NCBI RefSeq assembly: GCF_006345805.1
Contig: NW_021828202.1
Location: 1-8,900 of the forward strand
Origin: Octopus sinensis
Lineage: Eukaryota
Direction: 5' to 3'
Length of the DNA: 8,900 nt
Shown: positions 1 to 7,768 of the stretch, one piece after another
Layout of the letters: the number at the start of each line of letters is the position of its first letter
Numbering within the stretch: position 1 is the stretch's first letter
Program-made: the position numbers and the translations under genes
Notes under the pieces: generated by a model
The model's database searches: none
What the model saw: the letters and a program-made list of their open reading frames with translations, nothing else
Told to the model about the DNA's origin: nothing

Positions 1-608
1 TCCTTGTTTGTCCTCTCTGTGTTTAGCCCCTTGTGGGTAGTAAAGAAACAGGTATTACGTCTGCCGCTACGTTCTGAGTTCAAATTCCGCCGAGGTCGGC
101 TTTGCTTTTCATCCTTTCGAGGTCAATAAATTAAGTACTGTTACGCACTGCGGTCGATATAATCGACTTAATCCGTTTGTCTGTCCTTGTTTGTCCTCTC
201 TGTGTTTAGCCCCTTGTGGGTAGTAAAGAAATAGGTATTTCGTCTGCCGCTAGGTTCTGAATTCAAATTCCGCCGAGGTCGACTTTGCCTTTCATCTTCT
301 CAGGGTCGATAAATAAAGTACCTGTTACGCACTGCGGTCGATGTAATCGACTTAATCCGTTTGTCTGTCCTTGTTTGTCCCCTCTGTGTTTATCCCCTTG
401 TGGGTAGTAAAGAAATAGGTATTTCGTCTGCCGCTACGTTCTGAGTTCAAATTCCGCCGAGGTCGACTTTGCCTTTCATCCTCTCGGGGGTCGATAAATT
501 AAGTACCAGTTACACACTGCGGTCGATATAGTCGACTTAATCCCTTTGTCTGTCCTTGTTTGTCCCCTCTATGTTTAGCCCCCTTGTGGGTAGTAAAGAA
601 ATAGGTAT
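1..608 (+). repeat. Tandem array 1 of ~184-bp SINE-body unit (3 full units plus a partial; runs off the left edge)
   Basis: The unit start GGTATT recurs at 51, 234, 418 and 604 (periods 183, 184, 186). The unit contains B-box-like GAGTTCAAATTCC and the core GGTCGACTTTGCCTTTCATCC..GGGGTCGATAAA, shared with the dispersed SINE at 3728-3936 and the headed array at 6438. Confidence 0.95.
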
Positions 609-810
609 CGATACGATATAGATTTTACATATATTTGTTCAAACACATAATTAGCATACAGACAATAATTATAATTCAAATTTATGCTAAAAGCTTCTTC
701 GCTGTGTTTCTAGCTCTCACCGAAGAGATGCAATTATCGTTTAAAACACGTCTGCTGACAAAACTCTTACCATCACGATTAATAATTAAAGTCCCTAAAC
801 AACGCTGTAT

Positions 811-864
811 GGCGGGAATCGGAACCGCGTGGTTGTTCGGTGACCTTGTAAACCACTCAGTCCC
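811..864 (-). mobile_element. Possible highly degenerate tRNA-SINE head
   Basis: The reverse strand reads GGGACTGAGTGGTT..CAACCACGCGGTTCCGATTCCCGCC, with A-box-like and B-box-like motifs at tRNA-like spacing. The match is short and could be chance. Confidence 0.3.
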
Positions 865-916
865 ATTTTGTTTACGCGTTTTTCCCACTTTAACGAACTA
901 CTTTATCTAATTAAAA

Positions 917-926
917 GTGTGTGTGT

Positions 927-959
<33 letters not shown>

Positions 960-1276
960 TGTGTGTGCACGTGTGTGTGTGTGCACGTGTGTGTGTCTGT
1001 GTGTACGTGTGTGCGCGTGTGAGAGTGTGTGTCTGTGTGCGTGCGTGCCTGTGCATGTGCGTATATGTGTGTGTGTGTGTGTGCGTTCGTGTGTGTGCGT
1101 GCATGTGTGTGTGTACGTGTGTGTGTGTATGTGTGCACGTGTGTGCGCGTATGTGTGTGTGCGCGTATGTGTGTGTGCGCGCGTGTGAGAGTGTGTCTGT
1201 GTGCGTGCGTGCCTGTACGCGTGCGTGTGTGTCTGGGTTCGTGTGTGTGTGTGCGTGCATGTATGTGTGTGAGCAC

Positions 1277-1313
<37 letters not shown>

Positions 1314-1332
1314 TGTCTGTCTGTCTGTCTGT
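917..1332. repeat. Compound (TG)n/(CG)n/(TCTG)n microsatellite
   Basis: Near-continuous alternating purine-pyrimidine tract, with (CG)7 at 930-943 and (TCTG)n at about 1316-1332. Confidence 0.98.
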
Positions 1333-1522
1333 CCATCTGCAATGGCTGGTATTACTACTTACTGTATGTTACACATGAATATTATTTCTGCGCTGGTATG
1401 TGAAGTAGTTGATACTTTACTTTATTAGGTGTCTTTATTTTTCTATCCTACACTACTGAGTACTGTGTCCAGAGAAATTATGTTTTGTATTCTGTATAAT
1501 TTCCCGGGATTGTTTCCTTAAA

Positions 1523-1646
1523 TAAGAAGCTTGCATCCTAACCGCCTGGTTCCAGGTTCAATCCTGGAAGTGCGTTCTCCTATATAGCCTCGGCCCGATC
1601 AAATCCTTGTGAGTGAATTTGGCAGATGGAAATTAAAAGAAGCCGT

Positions 1647-1648
<2 letters not shown>
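1523..1648 (+). mobile_element. 5' half of a tRNA-derived SINE (degenerate), ending at its internal (TA)n
   Basis: B-box GGTTCAATCC at 1555-1564. The downstream TATAGCCTCGG.CCGA.CAAA.CCTTGTGAGTG.ATTTGG.AGA.GGAAA.T.AAAGAAGCC matches an abundant octopus SINE as I recall it, which carries an internal TA/TG microsatellite. Family identity is unverified. Confidence 0.7.

Positions 1649-1708
<60 letters not shown>
1649..1708. repeat. (TA)30 microsatellite
   Basis: Perfect TA run of 60 nt. Confidence 0.99.
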
Positions 1709-1713
<5 letters not shown>

Positions 1714-1829
1714 CTTGATCACGTGACCGACCAGACCATCAGATGTTGTTACACATCGCTGGTCACAATGCGTTCGCATTGTTTTTAGCCTTTGAATGAC
1801 GCCACCCGCTGGCTAAGCGAGCAGGCCAA
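1709..1829 (-). mobile_element. 121-bp repeat fragment between two (TA)n tracts, probably the 3' tail of a tRNA-SINE family
   Basis: Sharp (TA)n boundaries on both sides and an 8-bp-stem hairpin ACAATGCG-TT-CGCATTGT at 1765-1782. The assignment as a SINE tail is recalled, not shown by this window. Confidence 0.5.
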
Positions 1830-1849
1830 TATATATATTATATATATAT

Positions 1850-1880
<31 letters not shown>

Positions 1881-1891
1881 TATATATATAA
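1830..1891. repeat. Imperfect (TA)n microsatellite
   Basis: TA run with a few phase shifts. Confidence 0.97.
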
Positions 1892-2169
1892 TCGGTATGC
1901 ATTCAAAGCAATGAGTAGTTGTATTCAAAGGCAATGATTAGTAAATTACGAAACCGGTATGCTTGAATCTCTTTAATAATTTCACAATAATGTCTTTTAT
2001 TACTTTTATTCCTACCTCAGTTCATCTAATTGTATATATCTTTCGTTACTTTTCATAAAAAGGCTTTACTTTTTTTGATTTCCAATGTGCATTTTCGTTT
2101 ATTTTTCTTACTTTCCCCTTACATTACCACGTGTAGTTTCTATCTTCTTTTTGTAACATATTTCTATTA

Positions 2170-2170
<1 letters not shown>

Positions 2171-2246
<76 letters not shown>

Positions 2247-2261
2247 CCTCTCTCTCTCTAA

Positions 2262-2325
<64 letters not shown>
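2171..2325. repeat. Compound (ATCT)19-(CT)n-(TA)n microsatellite
   Basis: ATCT at 2171-2246, a short CT run, then TA to 2325. Confidence 0.98.
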
Positions 2326-2329
<4 letters not shown>

Positions 2330-2474
2330 ATCCAAACAAGAAAGCACAAAAAAACACAACAACGCGAGGACGTGGAACAAATATAGCATTATTGGACACC
2401 CAGGAAAGAAGGAAAGATACAGAGAAGGGAAGACAGGGAAAAATCGCCCGATACACACGAGGTCACATTTTGAA

Positions 2475-2477
<3 letters not shown>
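2326..2477. mobile_element. 152-bp repeat fragment between (TA)n tracts, resembling a Penelope-like element terminal region
   Basis: Exact (TA)n boundaries on both sides. GTTAATCCAAACAAGAAAGCAC...GGTCACATTTTG matches an abundant octopus repeat I recall. The Penelope assignment is inference. Confidence 0.45.
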
Positions 2478-2516
<39 letters not shown>

Positions 2517-2544
2517 ATATATATATATTATATATGTATATATA
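2478..2544. repeat. Imperfect (TA)n microsatellite; its last TA is the mariner target
   Basis: TA run ending TATA|CGAGG at 2544/2545. Confidence 0.97.
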
Positions 2545-3408
2545 CGAGGTGGTCTCAAAACATTCCCGGATTAGTTATGTTTAATAAAAAAAATAATAAT
2601 TTATTTACCTAAGTTTTAACATCAATCCCTTCGAAATAGTCCCCTTGCACAGCAGTACACCGGTCCCAGCGTTCCTGCCACTTTTGGAACCCGGCTTGGA
2701 AGTCGTTTTCCTTAAACGAGTCAAGGGTCTTTTTGCGATTCGCTCTGGATCTTGACAACGGTGTTAAAATGGCGACCTTTGAGCTGTATTTTTCATCATG
2801 GAAGTCCGCAGGCGAATAAGGCGAGTGCGGAAGCGATGCCATGTTGTTTTTGGTGAGAAACACACGAGAGAAGAGAGCTCGGTAACAAAGTACCTTGTCG
2901 TCAAGGAAGAATCCAATATTTCGCGCTCCACAGATATGGTTGCTTTCGCTAAATGTCCTCCCTCATACGCTTCAAAACATCACAGTAGAACTCACGGTTG
3001 ACGGTCTGGCCATGGGGGAAGAAAGAATTCCCGATGCCCAATACCACATTTCCGGAGTTGACGCTAGTGGCAGGTCTTCTGTATCACTCGTTGACTTCTA
3101 GGGACGTTCTTTTGCTTTTGAAGGGCCCGTGCTACTCGAAACATTGTGTACGGCCCATTGCCACGTCACCGTAAGCATGCTGAAGCATGCTCAATGCCTC
3201 TGCAGCAGACTTCCCCGGTTTAAGGAAAAATTTCACGTTGGCTCTTTCTTCCTATCTATGACAAAATCACAGGCTACAGCATACACGTGATCACAAAAAC
3301 ACAAATTTCACAACTGGCAAAGTAAATACAGCGATGTCACTCGACACACTGCCTCGTAAAGGTTACGGCTAACTCTCACTGTGCAGGAAACTTTCTGATA
3401 CAACCTCG
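2545..3408 (-). mobile_element. Internally deleted, non-autonomous mariner (Tc1/mariner) DNA transposon, 864 bp
   Basis: Imperfect TIRs CGAGGTGGTCTCAAAACATTCCCGG (2545-2569) and the reverse complement of 3384-3408, CGAGGTTGTATCAGAAAGTTTCCTG (18/25 identical). TA on the left and TG on the right (altered TA duplication). Transposase remnants lie inside. Confidence 0.92.
2609..3259 (-). pseudogene. Mariner transposase pseudogene (frameshifts, stops, large central deletion)
   Basis: Manual translation gives N-terminal RANVKFFLKPGKSAAEALSMLQHAYGDVAMGRTQCFE*HGPFKSKRTSLEVNE*YRRP (first HTH), joined near 3045 to GIGHREF..GQTVNREFYCDVLKRMREDI*RK..LW..WIL, then DDK (HDN position), PHSPYSP-ADF (YSPDLAP remnant), and C-terminal FQKWQERWDRC...GDYFEG typical of mariner transposases. 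Confidence 0.93.
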
Positions 3409-3564
3409 TGTGTGTGTGTGTGTTTGCCCCCACCAACCGATGCAAGCGTGTTTACATCCCCGTAGTTTAGCAACTGGGTAAGGTAACCGGTAGAATAAGT
3501 ATCAGGTTTTTTTTAAAATAATACTGAGGTCAATTCATTCCACTAAAAAATTCCCCAAGGCTGT
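3409..3564 (+). mobile_element. 3' half of the SINE begun at 1523, starting with (TG)n
   Basis: (TG)n then TTTG.CCCC...CAACCGATG...GTGTTTACATCCCCGTA.TT.AGC...CCG.TAGAATAAGTA. This is the segment I recall following the internal microsatellite of that SINE. It is in the same orientation as the 5' half. Confidence 0.6.
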
Positions 3565-3724
3565 GTTCAAATCCTGCAGGGGTCAACTGTGCTTTTTATG
3601 CTTTCGGAGTCGATAAAATAAAAAATATCAGCCAAGTGCTGGGGCCGGTGTAAATTACTGGTTCCATCTCCCTAAGATTGCTGGCTTTGAGCCAAAATTT
3701 AAAACAATCCTTATTATTGTTGTT
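3565..3724 (+). mobile_element. Old 5'-truncated SINE of the same core family as the arrays, with (TTA)n tail
   Basis: GTTCAAATCC.GC.G.GGTCAACT.TGC.TTT.ATGCTTTCGGAGTCGATAAAATA aligns by eye to the array core and to 3728-3936. It ends TTATTATTGTTGTT. Confidence 0.75.
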
Positions 3725-3727
3725 TTT

Positions 3728-3936
3728 AAGGCGGTGAGCGGGCAGAATCGTTGGCACGCCGGGCAAAATTCTTAGTTCTCAGTTCGAATTCCGATGAGGT
3801 CGACTTTACCTTTCATTTTCGCGGGGGTCGATAAAATAGGTACCAGTTGAGTACTGGGGGTCGATGTAATCGACTATCCCCACCCCCCCAAATTTCAGGC
3901 TTTGTGCCTGTAGTAGAAAGTATTATTATTGTTGTT
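3728..3936 (+). mobile_element. Dispersed tRNA-derived SINE monomer (same head and core as the arrays, different 3' tail)
   Basis: Head AAGGCGGTGAGCGGGCAGAATCGTTGGCACGCCGGGCAAAAT matches 6438-6475. It has B-box-like GTTCGAATTCC, the shared core through GTCGATGTAATCGACT, then a CCCC..AAATTT..GGC.TTGTGCC tail and (TTA)n. Confidence 0.88.
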
Positions 3937-3999
3937 ATTGAATTAGATGAATCAATAAGGCAACGGACCAGATTTCTCACAGTATTCAGATTAAGGTAT

Positions 4000-4465
4000 T
4001 TAGTTAGTTAGTTAGTTAGTTAATTTGTCTCAAAAGCAAATAGCAAGGCCATGTAGGGGGACATGGAGTTAAGTACAGGGTGGTGTTCATGTAAAGAGTT
4101 CAGGCCGCTTGAGGTCAAGAGAGACTTTGAACTGAGCGGTCGTCGGCATCTTCACCATCTCGTCTGGCAGCTTATTCCACGGATCCGCAACCCGGACGGA
4201 GAAGGCCCCTCTCCTTCGATTGAGATGAAATCGTCGCAGATAGAGCTTTTCAGAATGACCCCGCAGCCGACGCTCTGGAGCAAGAGTGAAGAACAGCTCT
4301 TTCGAGAAGTTACACTTTCCGCTTATGATGTTGTGGGCGAGAATGAGATCACCAAGGCGGCGGCGTTTTTCTAGAGAATAAAGGTCGAGCGTCCTCAGCC
4401 TTTCTTCATAGGACAAATTTTTGAGACCATGAACCATGCGGGTAGCCAGCTTCTGGACTCTTTCG
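4000..4465 (-). mobile_element. 5'-truncated CR1-type LINE: end of ORF2, short 3' UTR, (TAAC)n tail
   Basis: ERVQKLATRM..LSYEERL..L.LYSLEKRR.LGDLI...RGHSEKL...FSVRVADPWNKLP...FK..LD is the conserved post-RT C-terminus of CR1-group ORF2. TGA at 4087-4089 and (TAAC)n tail at 4000-4022. Confidence 0.9.
4087..4465 (-). pseudogene. C-terminal ~125 aa of CR1-type ORF2 (no RT or endonuclease domain present)
   Basis: Part of ORF-track entry 4087..4506. The first 14 residues (MKDARQSRSRLYVY) come from an antisense SINE fragment and junction sequence, not from the LINE. Confidence 0.85.
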
Positions 4466-4476
4466 TACACATACAG

Positions 4477-4597
4477 CCGAGATCGACTTTGCCTTGCATC
4501 CTTCAAGTTTTGATAAAATAGTCTTCAATGAAGTACTAGAAGCAATATTATCCCCCAAATTTTTGTCTTTGTGCCTACGTAAGAAAATGAAATTATT
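4477..4597 (+). mobile_element. Degenerate SINE core and tail fragment abutting the LINE 5' truncation
   Basis: CCGAGATCGACTTTGCCTTGCATCCTTC..TTGATAAAATA matches the array core, followed by a CCCCCAAATTT..TTGTGCCT tail like the one at 3880-3910. Confidence 0.7.
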
Positions 4598-4662
4598 TTC
4601 TATTACGAACAGTTGCGTATGAAATTACCCATCACTACCATGTGTATCTCTTTTATACCAAA

Positions 4663-4824
<162 letters not shown>

Positions 4825-4847
4825 GAAATTCTCTTAGAAATCTATAA

Positions 4848-5210
4848 CTAGCACTGTGACCTGGCAACGCCGGGTTATAATGCTAGTGCACGCATATACA
4901 GCTGCATGCGTGCACACATACACGCGAGTACTGTCCAAATCTCCGACCAGTCACATACAGCTAGCTGGCATTCAATTGGTGTATCAAGTTTCGGGCATTT
5001 TGATTGGGTTTTGGATAGAAAATTCACAAAAAGTCCACTTTCTATTGATTTTTAATGGCTTTGCGGGGTGACTGGGGAATGTAAAGATTGTGCACGACCA
5101 CCCTTGGACGGTTTTTGAATGACCATAGAATTGCGAGCCCTCTAACTGAAAAATTGTGGATTTGTATAAAGGACACACACACAACAGACATTCTGCCATT
5201 TATATAGAGA
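4848..5210 (-). mobile_element. Non-autonomous Helitron (~363 bp)
   Basis: The minus strand begins A|TCTCTATAT (5211|5210) and ends CTAG|T (4848|4847), with the GC-rich hairpin CCCGGCGTTGCCAGG 12 nt before the end. These are the canonical Helitron TC...hairpin-CTRR termini in an A|T target with no TSD. No RepHel coding sequence. Confidence 0.8.
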
Positions 5211-5805
5211 TATTTGTTGGGTGACTGGGGAAATGTAAAGATGTGCACGACCACCCTTGGACGGTTTTGAATGACCATAGAAAGTGCGAGCCCTCTAACT
5301 GAAAAATTGTGGATTTGTATAAAGGACACACACACAGACAGACATTCTGCCATTTATATATAGAGATATTTGTTGGGTGACTGGGGAAATGTAAAGATGT
5401 GCACGACCACCCTTGGACGGTTTTGAATGACCATAGAAAGTGCGAGCCCTCTAACTGAAAAATTGTGGATTTGTATAAAGGACACACACACAGACATTTT
5501 GCCGTTTATATATAGAGATATTTGTTGGGTGACTGGGGAAATGTAAAGATGTGCCGACCACCCTTGGACGGTTTTGAATGACCATAGAAAGTGCGAGCCC
5601 TCTAACTGAAAAATTGTGGATTTGTATAAAGGACACACACACAGACATTTTGCCGTTTATATATAGAGATATTTGTTGGGTGACTGGGGAAATGTAAAGA
5701 TGTGCACGACCACCCTTGGACGGTTTTGAATGACCATAGAAAGTGCGAGCCCTCTAACTGAAAAATTGTGGATTTGTATAAAGGACACACACACAGACAT
5801 TTTGC
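5066..5805 (-). repeat. Tandem array of five ~153-bp copies of the Helitron 5' end
   Basis: GGGTGACTGG recurs at 5066, 5219, 5375, 5527 and 5678 (periods 153, 156, 152, 151). Units are joined by ATTTGTT, and the last unit is cut at 5805. Confidence 0.95.
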
Positions 5806-6300
5806 TAATGTACCCAATATCATGCTGTTTCTATGTCCAATCTCATACACTCCTTATTGTGGAGGCGCAATGGCCCAGTGGTTAGGGCAGCGACTCGCGG
5901 TCATAGATCGCGGTTTCGATTCCCAGACCGGGCGTTTTGTGAGTGTTTATTGGCGAAAACACCTAAAAGCTCCACGAGCTCCGGCAGGGGATGGTGGTGA
6001 TCCCTGCTGTACTCTTTCACCACAACTTTCTCTCACTCTTAGTTCCTGTTTCTGTTGTACCTGTATTTCAAAGGGCCGGCCTTGTCACTCTCTGTGTCAC
6101 GCTGAATATCCCCGAGAACTACGTTAAGGGTGCACGTGTCTGTGGAGTGCTCAGCCACTTACACGTTAATTTCACGAGCAGGCTGTTCCGTTGATTCGGA
6201 TCAACCGGAACCCTCATCGTCGTAACCGACGGAGTGCTTCCAATACACTCCTTATTTCCTTTTCGAGGTCCTTGTATTTTGATAGATTCTTGTTATTCCC
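5806..6300 (-). pseudogene. Possible short remnant of an RLE-type (R4/Dong-like) LINE endonuclease region, split by the SINE at 5859
   Basis: With the SINE and one TSD removed, the minus strand reads LSKYKDLEKEIRSV then, after a frameshift, ..ILGTL. This resembles the KY.DL..E+...W......+++GALG motif of RLE domains. The match is short. Confidence 0.3.
5859..6242 (+). mobile_element. Full-length tRNA-derived SINE (384 bp) with 14-bp target-site duplication
   Basis: A box TGGCCCAGTGG (5871-5881) and B-box-like GTTTCGATTCC (5913-5923). Perfect TSD ATACACTCCTTATT at 5845-5858 and 6243-6256. Probably one of the described octopus tRNA-SINE families (OK/OR1/OR2), but I cannot assign which. Confidence 0.93.
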
Positions 6301-6437
6301 TAGTCTTATTTCTATAGCATTCTTTCATTGCACTGCCGACTGCATCACTCAATGTATCTTGTGGCTTCGCTTGTCATCATTTTAGTGTGAAGTCCTGTAG
6401 TTGCATTTTTAGCTTGTTTATATATTTTTAATTTTGT

Positions 6438-7768
6438 GGCGAGCTGGCAGAAACGTTAGCGCACCGGGCGAAATGCGTTGCGGTATTTCGTCTGTCGTTA
6501 CGTTCTGAGTTCAAATTCCGTCGAGGTCGACTTTGCCTTTCATCCTTTCGGGGTCGATAAATAAGTACCAGTTTCGCACTGGGTCGATGTAATCGACTTA
6601 ATCTCTTTGTCTGTCCTTGTTTGTCCCCTCTGTGTTTAGCCCACTGAGGGCAGTAAAGAAATAGGTATTTCGTCTGTCGTTACGTTCTGAGTTCAAATTC
6701 CGCCAAGGTCGACTTTGCCTCTCATCCTCTCGGGGTCGATAAATAAAGTACCAGTTTCGCACTGGGTCGATGTAACCGACTTAATCCCTTTGTCTATCCT
6801 TGTTTGTCCCCTCTGTGTTTAGACCCTTGTGGATAATAAAGAAATAAGTATTTTGTCTGTCGTTACGTTCTGAGTTCAAATTCCGCCGAGGTCGACTTTG
6901 CCTTTCATCCTTTCGAGGTCGATAAATAAAGTACCAGTTTCGCACTGGGGTCGATGTAATCGACTTAATCCGTTTGTCTGTCCTTGTTTGTCCTCTCTGT
7001 GTTTAGCCCCTTGTGGGTAGTAAAGAAATAGGTATTTCGTCTGCCGTTACGTTCTGAGTTCAAATTCCGCCGAGGTCGACGTTGCTTTTCATCCCTTTCG
7101 GGGTCGATAAATCAAGTACCTGTTACGCACTGGAGTCGATGTAATCGACTTAATCACTTTGTCTGTCCTTGTTTATCCTCTCTGTGTTTAGCCCCTTGTG
7201 GGTAATAAAGAAATAGGTATTTCGTCTGTCGTTACGTTCTGAGTTCAAATTCCGCCAAGGTCGACTTTACCTTTCATCCTCTCGGGGTCGATAAATTAAG
7301 TACCAGTTTCGCACTGAGTCGATGTAATCGACGTAATCCCTTTGTCTGTCCTTGTTTGTCCTTTCTGTGTGTAGCTCCTTGTGGGTAGTAAAGAAATAGG
7401 TATTTCGGCTGCCGTTACGTTCTGAGTTCAAATTCCGCCGAGGTCGACTTTGCCTTTCATCCTTTTGGGGGTCGATTAAATAAGTACCAGTTGCGCACTG
7501 GGGTCGATGTAACCGACTTAATCCCTTTGTCTGTCCTTGTTTGTCCCCTCTGTGTTTAGCCCCTTGTGGGTAATAAAGAAATAGGTATTTCGTCTGTCGT
7601 TACGTTCTGAGTTCAAATTCCGCCGAGGTCAACTTTGCCTTTCATCCTCTCGGGGGTCGATAAATTAAGTACCAGTTTCGAACTAGGGTCGATGTAATCG
7701 ACGTAATCCCTTTGTCTGTCCTTGTTTGTCCTTTCTGTGTGTAGCTCCTTGTGGGTAGTAAAGAAATA
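6438..7768 (+). mobile_element. SINE multimer: one tRNA-like head plus 7 tandem ~184-bp bodies (array 2), flanked by a TSD
   Basis: Head GGCGAGCTGGCAGAAACGTTAGC. Unit starts at 6482, 6664, 6847, 7031, 7216, 7399 and 7584. Flanks TATATTTTTAATTTTGT (6421-6437) and TATATTTTTTTAATTTTGT (7769-7787) differ only in T-run length. Confidence 0.93.

Noticed and set aside
635-910. ORFs of 91 aa (+) and 68 aa (-)
   Set aside because: No recognisable motif, and their lengths are compatible with chance.
868-1403. Five long ORFs rich in VC/HT repeats
   Set aside because: They are translations of the (TG)n/(CA)n microsatellite, which lacks stop codons.
2030-2574. ORFs with YLSI/IY repeats
   Set aside because: They are translations of (ATCT)n and (TA)n.
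2798-3101. Plus-strand ORFs of 67 and 68 aa
   Set aside because: They are antisense to the mariner transposase remnant.
4063-4374. Plus-strand 103-aa ORF
   Set aside because: It is an antisense shadow of the CR1-type ORF2.
3940-4476. TSD for the CR1 fragment, or a SINE head at 3957-3999 split from 4477
   Set aside because: No convincing direct repeat, and the similarity to the SINE head is too weak.
4984-5850. Repeated ORFs (MCPLYKSTIFQLEGS..., MSVCVSFIQIHNFS...)
   Set aside because: They are by-products of the non-coding Helitron 5'-end array, with frameshifting indels between units.
5859-5935. tRNA gene
   Set aside because: It has A/B boxes but no convincing acceptor stem or cloverleaf, and it continues into a 300-nt body closed by a TSD, so it is a SINE head.
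5768-6385. ORFs of 119, 67 and 64 aa over the SINE
   Set aside because: They lie within or straddle a non-coding SINE and have no recognisable domain.
6482-6663. Retrozyme (hammerhead-containing tandem monomer) hypothesis for the 184-bp unit
   Set aside because: I found no CTGANGA...GAAA core on either strand. Only small hairpins (CCAGT-5nt-ACTGG, GTCGAT-GTA-ATCGAC) are present. An Infernal/Rfam scan would be needed to exclude other ribozymes.
6482-7768. CRISPR-like or repeat-spacer interpretation of the 184-bp arrays
   Set aside because: Units are homologous along their whole length with no unique spacers. There are no cas genes and the context is eukaryotic.
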